Source: Verrucomicrobiota bacterium (GTDB taxonomy: Bacteria > Verrucomicrobiota > Verrucomicrobiia > Limisphaerales > UBA11358). From it: DNA of 64,000 nucleotides. Both the position numbers and the translations under genes were made by a program. The stretch is taken from contig JBEKMW010000007.1 of the NCBI GenBank assembly GCA_049523455.1, positions 7,918 to 71,917 of the forward strand. The letters run 5' to 3'. Shown piece by piece: positions 32,729-42,401 of this stretch. The notes under the pieces were generated by a model, which saw only the letters and a program-made list of their open reading frames with translations, did not search any database and had not been told where the DNA came from. Positions within the stretch are counted from its first letter, which is position 1, and every line of letters starts with the position of its first letter.

Positions 32729-33712
32729 TCAGCGCGGCAGGGGGTGGAACGTGAAATGCGCCGGCCCGCCGCCAGCCGGGTCAATTTCCATCGTGTAATA
32801 GCCGCCGTCATTCAATAATTCCGTGCCTGCCAGGCAGGGGCAGAGACGCACGTGAAAAGGCCACCAATAATGCGCTTCATGGAGGGCAGAAGACATGCGG
32901 CGGACGGAATGGCCCAGAAAGCTAATGACCGGCATGCTGGAGAGGACCCAACTCTTCCACAGAAACAACTGCGTATGCAAGTGGCCGATGACCGTTTGCT
33001 CAATTTGCGGCAGCCGGCGGTGAACGGATTCCTCGCGGGCGAGAAAAGGCAGCGCCGTCGGGTCGTGGCAAAAAAGAATTACCCGTTGATCCGGTTCCAG
33101 CGCGTCAAAAGCGGCGCGGATTTCGGCCAGATGTGCTTCACGGAGGCGCAGCCAGTCGGGCCATTCGGCGGCGAGTGTATCCGCTTGGTTGGCGGGCAGC
33201 GCCAATAACGGGGAAGCCACCCCAATCAAACGCCACGGTCCGATGGCCAGTTGCCAAAACGGCTGGAGCCCGAGTTGCTCGATGGCATAATGCCAACTTG
33301 CCAGACGCATTCCGCCGCCCCCGCCGACCAAAGGGAGCTTGCCGAGTTCATGGTCACCCAGTACGAAGCGCGCCCGGTCACCGAACTTCGCACGTATTTT
33401 GCCAAGACATTCCTCGACGCTTTGCCCGGTGGCGGGGTTGCTTACGCCCACTGAGCCGGTGTCGCAGGAATAGTCGCCGTTGGCTACGAGGTAATCCACC
33501 GCTCCCACCTCGCGCAGAAAGCGGTCGAGTTGCGGCGCATGGTCCAGCGGGCGGCGCATCCAGAAAATATGCCGAAACAGCCGCACCGCGGCACGGAGGA
33601 CGGGATTGGCGATGCCGCGCCATTCGTAGTCGTTGCCAAGAGCGCGTTCGGCAGCCGCCGCGTAATGGATGTCGCTCAAAATGGCGACCGACACTCTGCC
33701 GGAAGCGCTCAT
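32729..33712 (-). CDS. Metallophosphoesterase
   Basis: VAILSDIHYA, VANGDYSCD, ILFCHDP and IGHLH are calcineurin-like phosphoesterase motifs. Confidence 0.8.
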   Translation of the reverse strand: MSASGRVSVAILSDIHYAAAAERALGNDYEWRGIANPVLRAAVRLFRHIFWMRRPLDHAPQLDRFLREVGAVDYLVANGDYSCDTGSVGVSNPATGQSVEECLGKIRAKFGDRARFVLGDHELGKLPLVGGGGGMRLASWHYAIEQLGLQPFWQLAIGPWRLIGVASPLLALPANQADTLAAEWPDWLRLREAHLAEIRAAFDALEPDQRVILFCHDPTALPFLAREESVHRRLPQIEQTVIGHLHTQLFLWKSWVLSSMPVISFLGHSVRRMSSALHEAHYWWPFHVRLCPCLAGTELLNDGGYYTMEIDPAGGGPAHFTFHPLPR

Positions 33713-33724
33713 TGGGCGGGGGGA

Positions 33725-35854
33725 TCAACCCGCGGCGAGAGTCAGGGCAGGGGCGGTGGCAGCCGGGTCGTCGTCGTCCGTGCTGTCCAACGCTTCGCGG
33801 ACAATCTTGGCGAGGGCGTCCTGCGTGTAGGGCTTGGACAAAAACCGCGCGCGGGTTTTGTGCATGATTTCGGTATTGATCTCGTTGGCAGTATAGCCGC
33901 TGCTGAAAACGATTTTCAAGCCGGCACGTTCGGCCAGCAGCCGTTCCGCGAGATTCGCGCCGGAAATGCCCTCGGGCATGATCATGTCGGTGAACAGCAA
34001 ATCAATTTTACCCGCATGCTCACTCCACACGGCAAGCGCCTCCCGGCCGGACGATGCCTCCACGATTTGATAGCCGTAACTTTGCAGAATCTCCCGCGCC
34101 ATGGCGCGCAGTGCCGGTTCGTCTTCGACCAGAAAAATGGTCTCCGATCCGCCGGCTACCGCTTCGCACGGCTTGTCCGCCGCCTCACTGATATGGTGCC
34201 TGGGCGCTTGGGCCCGCAGGAACACGTCGAAAGTCGCGCCTTGGCCGGGTTCGCTGTCCACTTCAATCCAGCCCTCGTGCTGTTTGACAATGCCAAAAAC
34301 GGTGGCTAGGCCCAGACCGGCGCCTTTGCCAATTTCCTTGGTGGTAAAGAAAGGCTCGAAAATGCGGGCGCGGGTGGCGGCGTCCATTCCTATGCCGGTG
34401 TCTTTGACCCGCAGGCGCAAAAAATTTCCCGCCCGGGCGTCCGGATGCATTTCCACGTAGGCGTCGTCCACCTGTATTGGCTGGAGACTGATGGTAAGCC
34501 GTCCGCCATGGGGCATGGCATCGCGGGCGTTGACGCAAAGGTTCATGACCACCTGCTCGATCATGCCGCAGTCAGCCTCCACCGACGGCAGGTCCGGCGG
34601 CGCTGCGAATTCGAAGGTGATGCTTTCGCCGATGAGGCGGCGCAGCATCTTGCTGAGGTTGCCCACGACTTCTCCCAGGTCGAGCGGCTGGATTTGCAGC
34701 ACATTTTTGCGGCTGAACATCAGCAATTGGCGCGTCAGGTTGCCGGCGCGTTCGGCGGCAAAATAGACCGACTGAATGGGGTCGAGAATCTCCGGCGGCA
34801 GTCCCTTGGTCAGCAGGAGGGTGGCGTGGCCCTGGATGACCGCGAGCATATTGTTGAAGTCGTGCGCCACGCCGGCGGCCAACTGGCCGACGGATTCCAT
34901 CTTTTGCGACTGGCGCAATTGCTCCTCCAGCTTCAGGCGCTCGACGGCATTGCCGATGACGTTGGCCACCGCCAGCAGAAACTGAATGTCGTCCGCGGTG
35001 AATTCGCGGTGGCTGGTGGTATGGACGCTGAAGACGCCGAACGGTTTTTCGCGCGTGGGAATGAGGATCGTGGCGCCGCTGACAATGCTGTGGTCCATGA
35101 GCAGTGTTGAAGCCTTGAAACGCGATTCGGTCAACAAATCGCCCACGAGAATGGGGTCGCCCGAGGTGAAAGTCAGGCCGGCCTGTGAGAATTCGTCCAC
35201 GGGCACCTTCGCGGTGCCTACGTATCCGTTCCTCCAGCCCATGCCGCTCCGCAGCAACAACTGAGCGCCGGGCAGGCCTTCGAACACGGCGCAATATTCC
35301 ACCTCCAGCGTTTGCGCCACGAGCGTGACGGCCTGGTCCATCAGCGCGCTTAAATCGCTGTTGCTCAGCGCGAATTGCCCCAGGGCCGCGACGGCGGTCT
35401 GCTGCAAGGCGCGGTTGAGCAGAGTCTTCTCCGCCGTCTCACAGGCTTTGGCCCGGAGTTGCAGCGACTCGGCCATGTGATCGAAGACCCGCCCCAATTG
35501 CCCCAGTTCACTGTCCACGTGCTTCAGGCCGCTGCGGGCGGCCAGATCACCCTTGGCCAAACGCTGCGCCGCGTTGGAAAGAGCCCGCACCTGCCGGAGG
35601 ATGAAATGCTCGCCCCCATACCATGCCGCTCCCAGCGCCAACAACCCTACCACGAAACTCGCCCAGGGAACGTCAAGGGCATATTCCTTCATCCAATCGG
35701 GGGCGAATTGCCAGAACCAATACTGGTTGACGATGTACGTCAACGCCAAAGCGGGCGCAATGGCCACAAAGACGCTGGCAACCAACTGCGCCCGCACCCC
35801 GGCGAACTTTTTCGCAAATCTTTTACGCATTGTCCCGTTCTTTGAGAGCAGCAA
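33725..35854 (-). CDS. Hybrid sensor histidine kinase/response regulator (TM-HAMP-GAF-HisKA-HATPase-REC)
   Basis: H-box VAHDFNNML, N/G boxes NLCVNARDAM and DTGIGM...GAGLGLA, then a C-terminal receiver ...DLLFTDMIMPE... Confidence 0.9.
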   Translation of the reverse strand: MLLSKNGTMRKRFAKKFAGVRAQLVASVFVAIAPALALTYIVNQYWFWQFAPDWMKEYALDVPWASFVVGLLALGAAWYGGEHFILRQVRALSNAAQRLAKGDLAARSGLKHVDSELGQLGRVFDHMAESLQLRAKACETAEKTLLNRALQQTAVAALGQFALSNSDLSALMDQAVTLVAQTLEVEYCAVFEGLPGAQLLLRSGMGWRNGYVGTAKVPVDEFSQAGLTFTSGDPILVGDLLTESRFKASTLLMDHSIVSGATILIPTREKPFGVFSVHTTSHREFTADDIQFLLAVANVIGNAVERLKLEEQLRQSQKMESVGQLAAGVAHDFNNMLAVIQGHATLLLTKGLPPEILDPIQSVYFAAERAGNLTRQLLMFSRKNVLQIQPLDLGEVVGNLSKMLRRLIGESITFEFAAPPDLPSVEADCGMIEQVVMNLCVNARDAMPHGGRLTISLQPIQVDDAYVEMHPDARAGNFLRLRVKDTGIGMDAATRARIFEPFFTTKEIGKGAGLGLATVFGIVKQHEGWIEVDSEPGQGATFDVFLRAQAPRHHISEAADKPCEAVAGGSETIFLVEDEPALRAMAREILQSYGYQIVEASSGREALAVWSEHAGKIDLLFTDMIMPEGISGANLAERLLAERAGLKIVFSSGYTANEINTEIMHKTRARFLSKPYTQDALAKIVREALDSTDDDDPAATAPALTLAAG

Positions 35855-35882
35855 TCAGACCATTTTTCAGGGCGGTTTTGCC

Positions 35883-36536
35883 TCAAATTTGGATGCGGTC
35901 GCCGATGGCGGCGGCGCGGCCGGGCGGCAGGCGGCCCAGGTGAAATATCACAAAACCGTGCAGAAATTGGCGCAATTCGCCAATTTGCCGGCCCGTGGGC
36001 CGCAAATGGCTCGATTCCGGCCAGTCTTTGGTCAGCAAAGCACGGGCCATTTGTTTTGCACCGGCGGTCAGGGCGGCCTTCTCCAGATCGGGCTTGAGCC
36101 CCAATTCATCCAGCAGTCTCAGTTCAAAAGCCAGAACCGTATGCGGCAACGCCGGCTGGCGGCACAGCGAATCGAGAAACCCGCGCATCAATTGATACAC
36201 GGCGGGCAAGGGTGTCTCGATTTCGGTCGCCTGTTCGATGAATCGAGCAGCATAGGCGGCGCGCCGCAATTTCAGCATGTCTTCCCGGAATCCAATGTAT
36301 GATTCGGCGAGCCTAACCTCGCGCAGGATGTGCAACTCGGAGTGACGGCTGCGGCTGAAGGAAAAATCTGCCGCGTAAAACAGATCGAGCTGGCCCCGGA
36401 ACGGCGATTTAAACCGCCGCGCGCCCTTGGCCACGGTCGCCAAGCGGCCCAACTCCGGCGTGAGCCAGTGGACAATCAAACTGGTGTCCGTGAGCGGCCG
36501 CGTGCGGAGAATGATGCCGGTGGCATTCTGAATCAT
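35883..36536 (-). CDS. recO: DNA repair protein RecO
   Basis: GIILRTRPLTDTSLIVHWLTPELGRLATVAKGARRFKSPFRGQLDLFY... ATG 36536 overlaps the upstream stop (ATGA). Confidence 0.85.
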   Translation of the reverse strand: MIQNATGIILRTRPLTDTSLIVHWLTPELGRLATVAKGARRFKSPFRGQLDLFYAADFSFSRSRHSELHILREVRLAESYIGFREDMLKLRRAAYAARFIEQATEIETPLPAVYQLMRGFLDSLCRQPALPHTVLAFELRLLDELGLKPDLEKAALTAGAKQMARALLTKDWPESSHLRPTGRQIGELRQFLHGFVIFHLGRLPPGRAAAIGDRIQI

Positions 36537-37258
36537 GGTCGCCGGGTAGGCGCAGGGCTTTTGCGTGTCATTTGACTTTGGACGATTAACCCTCCATTTC
36601 CGTTGTCCAATGAAGCCGGGGAAACCGAGCCGAGGCTGATGATATATTTGATGCCGTCCGCGACGGACATGTCGAGTTTTCGGACTTGATCTTCCGGTAC
36701 CAGCAGGAGAAATCCAGCCGTAGGGTTCGGCGTGGTGGGCACAAACACGCAGACGACATTCGAGTAGGTCTGGGTCTTGATTTCGGCCGGTTGGTCGCTG
36801 GTGATGAAGCCTACCGTCCAAGCGCCTGGGCGGGGAAATTCCACCAGCACGACGGTTTTAAAAGAGTGTTTGTTGCCGGAAAAGGCCTCATTGACCTGCT
36901 TGATGGCCGCGTAAATCTTGTTGAGGAAGGGCACCCGCAGCAAGAAGCGGTCGGTCCAATCAATTATTTTTTTGCCGATGTAGTAGCGAGCCAGCACGCC
37001 AACGCCGGAAATCAGCGCCACGGCAAGGAACAGCGCCAGTAAGCTCCAATACCAGAACATGGGGCCGGATTCGCCATTTTGATAAATGGCCTCCGGTTTT
37101 AGGAAAAACGGCAGGAAGAAAAGCAGGATGTCGGTAAAGCTGGAAATCGTCCCAAAAAGCCATTTGACCGCCGCCAGCGTGAGCAGCGCGGGCAGCGTGA
37201 CCGCCAAGCCGGTCAGAAAACTTGACCGCCAGCGGGCTAACAGACTTTTTGGCGCCAT
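36533..37258 (-). CDS. DUF502-family membrane protein
   Basis: VCVFVPTTPNPTAGFLLLVPEDQVRKLDMSVADGIKYIISLG. Two or three N-terminal helices. Confidence 0.8.
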   Translation of the reverse strand: MAPKSLLARWRSSFLTGLAVTLPALLTLAAVKWLFGTISSFTDILLFFLPFFLKPEAIYQNGESGPMFWYWSLLALFLAVALISGVGVLARYYIGKKIIDWTDRFLLRVPFLNKIYAAIKQVNEAFSGNKHSFKTVVLVEFPRPGAWTVGFITSDQPAEIKTQTYSNVVCVFVPTTPNPTAGFLLLVPEDQVRKLDMSVADGIKYIISLGSVSPASLDNGNGGLIVQSQMTRKSPAPTRRP

Positions 37259-37833
37259 GCCCCAAGTCTAGGCTTGCTTCCGAGTTTGCTCAAGGCAAAG
37301 CGGCGGGAAAGCAGGCGCAATCGTTGGTCTTCCTCCGCCTTCATCTTGCGCCGGCCGGCGGCGCGGCGGTCATCGTGTCCCAACAAATGCAAGACGCCGT
37401 GGACAAGGTAACGCACCACTTCTGATTGCCAGGTCGTCTTGAATTTCTTCGCTTGGTCGCGCGCTTCGTCCAGACCAATGAAAATCTCACCGTGCAAGGT
37501 TCGGGGTTCCGACCGCGACGGGTTTGTGCCTCGCACATTATTTAAGGCAATACCGCCTGAAGGCGGAACTCCCAACCCGTAGTCGAATGCCATGACGTCG
37601 GTTGAACCCCGATGGCGGAGAAATTGCTCGTTCAAACTCGTCATTTCCGGCGTGGCGGCGAGCACAATGCCAAGTTCCCCTTGGTTCACCTTCAAATCCG
37701 CCAGCAGCGAGGCGGCCACCCGCTTCAGCAAACGCCGATTCACCGTTTGAGCGCGATGGCGATTGGTGACCGCAACGATTAACCGCCCGGAACGCGGCGG
37801 CTGGCGGACGGCACTGGGGTGGGGACCTTTCAC
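37237..37833 (-). CDS. ybeY: rRNA maturation endoribonuclease YbeY (with an unusual internal insertion)
   Basis: STDVMAF ... GEIFIGLDEA ... HGVLHLLGHDD zinc motif. Sits in the phoH-ybeY synteny. Confidence 0.85.
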   Translation of the reverse strand: MKGPHPSAVRQPPRSGRLIVAVTNRHRAQTVNRRLLKRVAASLLADLKVNQGELGIVLAATPEMTSLNEQFLRHRGSTDVMAFDYGLGVPPSGGIALNNVRGTNPSRSEPRTLHGEIFIGLDEARDQAKKFKTTWQSEVVRYLVHGVLHLLGHDDRRAAGRRKMKAEEDQRLRLLSRRFALSKLGSKPRLGAWRQKVC

Positions 37834-37851
37834 GCTTCAACGCCCCGCCTT

Positions 37852-38817
37852 TCAGCCGCCGCGCCCGTTGCCGCGATGCTCCTCATAGGCGGCAATGATG
37901 CGCTGGACGAGCGGATGGCGGACGACGTCGCGCTTGCCAAATTCAACGACGGCGATGCCTTCGACGTTTTTCAGCGCGCGATGGGCTTCGAGCAGGCCCG
38001 ACTGTTTATTGGGCGGCAGGTCAATCTGTGTTTCGTCGCCGGTGATCACGGCTTTAGAGCCGTGGCCGAGGCGGGTCAGGAACATCAGCATTTGTTCCGT
38101 GGTGGAGTTTTGCGCCTCATCCAGAATGATGAACGCGTTGTTCAAGGTGCGGCCGCGCATGTAAGCCAGCGGCGCGATTTCAATCGTGCCGCGCTGGGTG
38201 TGTTTCTCGATTTCCTCGGCGGGCAGCATGTCGTGCAACGCATCGTGCAGCGGCCGCAGATACGGCGTGATTTTTTCGTAAAGATCGCCCGGCAAAAAGC
38301 CGAGCGCCTCGCCGGCCTCCACCGCCGGACGGGTCAAAATGATGCGCGAGACCTTCCCGTCGCGCAACGCCGCCAGCGCCATGGCCACCGCCAGGTAGGT
38401 CTTTCCGGTCCCCGCCGGCCCCACCCCGAAAGTCACGTCGTGCTGGCGGATGGCGTCCAGGTATTTTTTCTGGCCCACGGTCTTGGCGGTCACGCCCGGC
38501 TTGCGCTCGTGCGTCAGCACGCGGTCGGCGATCAAATCCTTGAGGGTTTCGGCGCCTTCGTGTTTTACCACGTGCAGGGCGTGGGTGAAATCGCGGTTCC
38601 GCACCGGCGTGCCGGCCTTTATCAGGCTTTCCAGCGACACAAACAGTTGCCTGGCCCGCTCCAAGGCGTCGGCCGCGCCATCGAGTTTGATCCAACCCTC
38701 GCGCGCGGTGGCCTTGACGCCCAGTTCGTTTTCGAGCGACTGCAGATTGCGCGGTTCGTTGTTGAAAAGCTGCTGCGCCACGCGCGCATTTTCAAAATGT
38801 AGGGTCTCGGTGGGCAT
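37852..38817 (-). CDS. phoH: PhoH-family ATPase
   Basis: FGVGPAGTGKTYLAVAMA (Walker A), IILTRPAVEAGE.LGFLPGDL and FIILDEAQN. ATG 38817 chosen inside track ORF 37852..39453. Confidence 0.9.
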   Translation of the reverse strand: MPTETLHFENARVAQQLFNNEPRNLQSLENELGVKATAREGWIKLDGAADALERARQLFVSLESLIKAGTPVRNRDFTHALHVVKHEGAETLKDLIADRVLTHERKPGVTAKTVGQKKYLDAIRQHDVTFGVGPAGTGKTYLAVAMALAALRDGKVSRIILTRPAVEAGEALGFLPGDLYEKITPYLRPLHDALHDMLPAEEIEKHTQRGTIEIAPLAYMRGRTLNNAFIILDEAQNSTTEQMLMFLTRLGHGSKAVITGDETQIDLPPNKQSGLLEAHRALKNVEGIAVVEFGKRDVVRHPLVQRIIAAYEEHRGNGRGG

Positions 38818-38831
38818 TACAATTGCATCGC

Positions 38832-39317
38832 CTATTTTGCCAATTCCGCCCGCAGTTTCGCCGCCAATTCGCCCAGCGCCTGCGGCAAAACGGTCGTGCC
38901 CGCGATGACCGGCATGAAGTTGGTGTCGCCGTTCCAGCGCGGCACCACGTGGATGTGCAGATGTTCCGCGATGCCCGCGCCCGCCACCTTGCCGAGGTTG
39001 ATGCCGACGTTGAATCCGTCCGGCTTCATCAAGCGGGTCAGCGCGTTCACGCAGCGGCGGGTGAGCTTCCATAAATCCAAGAGTTCCTCGTCCGTCAGGC
39101 CGTTCAGGTCGGCGACCTCCTTGTAAGGCACGGTCATTAAATGGCCGCCGACGTAGGGATACGTGTTCAGCAACGCAAAACACGTGCGGTCCCGGGCGAT
39201 CACATAATTGGCCTCGTCGTCGGACGATTGAGCGATGCGCGTAAACAGGCCGGCTTTCAGCTCCGGTTTGGGCGACAGGATGTATTCCATCCGCCACGGC
39301 GCGTGCAGTGCGTCCAT
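38832..39317 (-). CDS. HIT-family protein
   Basis: Histidine triad AEHLHIHVVPRW. Confidence 0.85.
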   Translation of the reverse strand: MDALHAPWRMEYILSPKPELKAGLFTRIAQSSDDEANYVIARDRTCFALLNTYPYVGGHLMTVPYKEVADLNGLTDEELLDLWKLTRRCVNALTRLMKPDGFNVGINLGKVAGAGIAEHLHIHVVPRWNGDTNFMPVIAGTTVLPQALGELAAKLRAELAK

Positions 39318-39464
39318 ATGGAGAAGTTAACGGGCAAGGCGGTGAATGTAAATCTTTGTCCAAGATGGATTGCCGATCCCCGGCCGGTTGGGGTAGAGTC
39401 AACGCGGTCGCGTGATTGGTTTTCCATTCCCGCGGGGTGAACCAATGAACCAAAAGGCCCCGGC

Positions 39465-40514
39465 TTGTCCATCGTAATGCAGACCGCGTTTGTTCCGCCC
39501 GGCCAACCCGCCGCCCCGGCGGCGAAACCCAAATTGCTCGTGCTGGAACTCTGGGGACTCGGAGACCTCATCATTGCCACGCCGTTTCTGCGCGCCGCGG
39601 TCGAGCGCTTTGATACCACGCTGCTGGCCAAGTCCTTCGCGCTGGATCTGCGCTCGCGCCTCTGGCCGGCGGTCAAGGTCGTTCCCTTTCATGCGCCCTG
39701 GACCACCTTCAAAGTCTCGGACAAGTATCGTCTCTGGCGCTGGCCGCTCCTGGAGATGATCCGGTTGCGCCGCAACCTGGTTCGGGAGCGTTTTGACGTG
39801 GGTCTCTCGGCGCGCTGGGACCCGCGGAATCACGTGCTGTTGAAATTCTTTGGAGCCAGGGAACGGCTCGGGTTTCCGCGGCTGGGCAGCCGCTATTTTT
39901 TAACGCGCCCGCTCGCCTCGCCCGAGCCGGAGGCGCATCGTTACGATTACTGGCGGCTCATGGGGGAGGCATTGGGTCTTAAGCTTGCCTCACGTGACCA
40001 AATCATTCAGCCCGCCGCGAACGGCAAAAAAACCGTGCTCATCCACACCGGCGCCGGCCAGCCGGTGCGCGTCTGGCCGCTGAAATATTATCAGCGGCTG
40101 GTGGCGCGGTTGCGGGAGAATGGCATGTCTGTGCAGATCGCGTGTGATCCGGAGCAGCGCGAATGGTGGCTGGCCGCAGGCGAAGCAGGGGTGGCCACCC
40201 CGGCCAATGTGACCGAGTTGATTGCCCTGACCGACCGTGTCGGCGCGTTTGTCGGCAATGATTCGGGGCCCGGCCACCTGGCGGCGTTTTGCGGCGTCCC
40301 GACTTTCACGATTTTTGGGCCGCAATTGCCCGAGTGGTTCGCTCCGCTGCATCCGAAAGCCGAATGGATTGAGGGCCGGGCCTGCCCCTACAAACCGTGT
40401 TCGGACTACTGCCGCTACCCGGTCCCCTTCTGCTTGTCCAATGTCGGTGAAGAAGCAGTGTGGGAATGCGTAAAAAAATTCATCTCCGCGTGTTCCGGGG
40501 TTGCCTTGTCGTAG
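39465..40514 (+). CDS. Glycosyltransferase family 9 (heptosyltransferase-like)
   Basis: LLVLELWGLGDLIIATPFLRA... and GNDSGPGHLAAFCGVPTFTIFGP. Confidence 0.8.
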   Translation: MSIVMQTAFVPPGQPAAPAAKPKLLVLELWGLGDLIIATPFLRAAVERFDTTLLAKSFALDLRSRLWPAVKVVPFHAPWTTFKVSDKYRLWRWPLLEMIRLRRNLVRERFDVGLSARWDPRNHVLLKFFGARERLGFPRLGSRYFLTRPLASPEPEAHRYDYWRLMGEALGLKLASRDQIIQPAANGKKTVLIHTGAGQPVRVWPLKYYQRLVARLRENGMSVQIACDPEQREWWLAAGEAGVATPANVTELIALTDRVGAFVGNDSGPGHLAAFCGVPTFTIFGPQLPEWFAPLHPKAEWIEGRACPYKPCSDYCRYPVPFCLSNVGEEAVWECVKKFISACSGVALS

Positions 40515-40527
40515 GCTTCTCCGGCCC

Positions 40528-41397
40528 TTACTTCACATAGAGCGCGTCCTGCAAATCACGCACGAGGACGCTCATAAACGGATAGCGCCGCTCGGGGTCG
40601 CGCTCGATACACTTTAGGATTGTTCTTTCCAGCGCCAGCGGTATGGCCGAATTGTGTTCGCGCGGCGGGACCGGTCCGCTCAGGTCGAGTTGGTGCGCGA
40701 GTATCTCGGCGGGTGTTTCGCCGTCGAACGGTTTCTGATTGGTCAACAGTTCGTAGGCGGCCACCCCGGAGGCAAAAATATCGGCGCGCGGATCAATGGG
40801 CTTGCGTTGCAATTGCTCCGGCGCCATGTAGGCCGGCGTGCCCGGGTTCCGGGACATCTTTTTCGGCTTTTCGGGGATCGGCTGTGCCAGATCGAAATCA
40901 ATCAGCCGGACATTGCCGTTGCGGGTCACCAGCACGTTCTCCGGTTTAAAGTCCAGGTGCATATAGCCGCTCTCGTGCACGTCCGCCAGGCCGAGCGCCA
41001 TGTCAATCAGGATTTGCGCCACGTTTTCGGCCAAAATCGGGTCCTGTCGCGTGACCAACTGCCGCAGGTTCTCCGCCTCCAGGTAGTCCATCAGCAGGTA
41101 GAGCGTCCCCTCGCACTTGCCATGCTCCACGTAGCCCACGATGTACTCGCTCTGGTTCAACTGTGACAGCACCTCGCAGCCGCGCATGAAGCGGCGCCGC
41201 TCCAGGAGATTGAATCGCAGGGCGCTTCGCAACCGCCGCAGGGCGTACGGTCGGTTGCGCCCGTCGGTCACCAGCCAGATCTCCGCCATGCCGCCGCTGT
41301 TCAGAAGTTCCTGAAGATAGAAACGCCCAAATCGTTCCTGCCCCATCTGCTGTAATTCGCTGCCCTGCAAGCTGCTTGCCATGTTTTCCAATTGCAT
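40528..41397 (-). CDS. Serine/threonine protein kinase
   Basis: YMHLDFKPENVLV, DFDLA and GTPAYMAPEQ. Confidence 0.85.
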   Translation of the reverse strand: MQLENMASSLQGSELQQMGQERFGRFYLQELLNSGGMAEIWLVTDGRNRPYALRRLRSALRFNLLERRRFMRGCEVLSQLNQSEYIVGYVEHGKCEGTLYLLMDYLEAENLRQLVTRQDPILAENVAQILIDMALGLADVHESGYMHLDFKPENVLVTRNGNVRLIDFDLAQPIPEKPKKMSRNPGTPAYMAPEQLQRKPIDPRADIFASGVAAYELLTNQKPFDGETPAEILAHQLDLSGPVPPREHNSAIPLALERTILKCIERDPERRYPFMSVLVRDLQDALYVK

Positions 41398-41601
41398 AAC
41401 ACATCTCCGCCCGCAATGCCATTAAAACCTGTTGCGCCGGCTCATTTTGCCGCGGACGCCGGCTGCAAAAATCGCGCCCACCTGCCTCGTCTTCTTTGGG
41501 CGCAAAATCGGAACACCCGATGACATAAATTTTGGCGAAATCTCCTCCAGCCAAATCGTCATTGCTTTTCCCGACGGGAACGGGCAACTTGGACAGCGTG
41601 T

Positions 41602-41678
41602 CGGGGCGTAGCGTAGCCTGGTAGCGCGCTTGTTTCGGGTACAAGAGGTCGTGAGTTCGAATCTCACCGCCCCGACCA
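41602..41678 (+). tRNA. tRNA-Pro (anticodon CGG), CCA encoded
   Basis: Manual fold. Acceptor cggggcg/cgccccg, D arm gcgt-agcctggta-gcgc, anticodon stem cttgt/acaag with loop ttCGGgt, T arm gtgag-ttcgaat-ctcac, then A-CCA. Confidence 0.9.
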
Positions 41679-41695
41679 CCTCTTCGATTGACGAT

Positions 41696-42322
41696 TTGCG
41701 ATTGACGATTGACGATTTGAAAAAGCAGGCAGAATCCCAACCCAATTTGATCGTCCAGCTCTGTTCCATCGTTGAGCGGATTGATTTGGCGCAGCTCTTT
41801 CCCACCACCCAGCCGCTGGAAGTCGAATTGGGTTGCGGCGACGCGTCGTTCCTGGTGGACTACGCCGGGCGCCATCCCGGCTGCAATTTCATCGGCGTCG
41901 AGCGGCTGCTGGGCCGCATCCGCAAATTGGACCGCAAGGGACGCCGGGCCGGCCTGACCAACCTGCGCGGCGTGCGCATCGAGTCCTCCTATTTTGTCGA
42001 GTTTCTCCTGCCGCCCCATTCGGCGCGTGCCCTGCACGTATATTTTCCCGATCCGTGGCCCAAGAAAAAGCACCACAAGCATCGGCTGGTTAACGTCCGC
42101 TTTCCGCAACTCGCCCGCGTCGCGCTGGCCGCCGGCGGCACGGTTTATTTGCGGACCGACGACGCCGACTATTTCCGGCAGATGACGGAAGTGTTCACCG
42201 CCAGCGGCGAATTTCAGGAAATGGCCACGCCGGCGGAACTGGCGGAACTCCCGACCGATTTCGAGCGCGACTTTCGCGCCAAAGGAATCAAAACACTGTT
42301 GACGGCCTATCTGGCCAAGTAG
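41696..42322 (+). CDS. trmB: tRNA (guanine-N7)-methyltransferase TrmB; start uncertain
   Basis: LEVELGCGDASFLVDYAGRHPGCNFIGVE...VYFPDPWPKKKHHKHRL... There is no in-frame ATG between the tRNA end and the conserved core. In-frame TTG candidates are at 41696, 41702, 41717 and 41747. Confidence 0.75.
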   Translation: MRLTIDDLKKQAESQPNLIVQLCSIVERIDLAQLFPTTQPLEVELGCGDASFLVDYAGRHPGCNFIGVERLLGRIRKLDRKGRRAGLTNLRGVRIESSYFVEFLLPPHSARALHVYFPDPWPKKKHHKHRLVNVRFPQLARVALAAGGTVYLRTDDADYFRQMTEVFTASGEFQEMATPAELAELPTDFERDFRAKGIKTLLTAYLAK

Positions 42323-42401
42323 CCTCGTTTTCGATTTACGTGACACTCCTCATTCGCCGGCCAGCGCGTAAATCGTAAATCGCAAATCGTAAATGGTCCG
42401 G

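Noticed and set aside
41003-42346. 447-aa minus-strand ORF. Similar long ORFs are 17013..18710 (+), 47921..49165 (-), 45651..46811 (-), 58954..59970 (-), 30876..31814 (-), 55185..56102 (+) and 56953..57996 (+).
   Set aside because: They are antisense or out-of-frame shadows of well-supported genes (kinase/tRNA/trmB, M16 peptidase, beta-repeat protein, proA, alr, proS, membrane paralogues). Their Arg/Gly/Pro/Ala-rich low-complexity translations are typical of stop-poor frames in GC-rich DNA.
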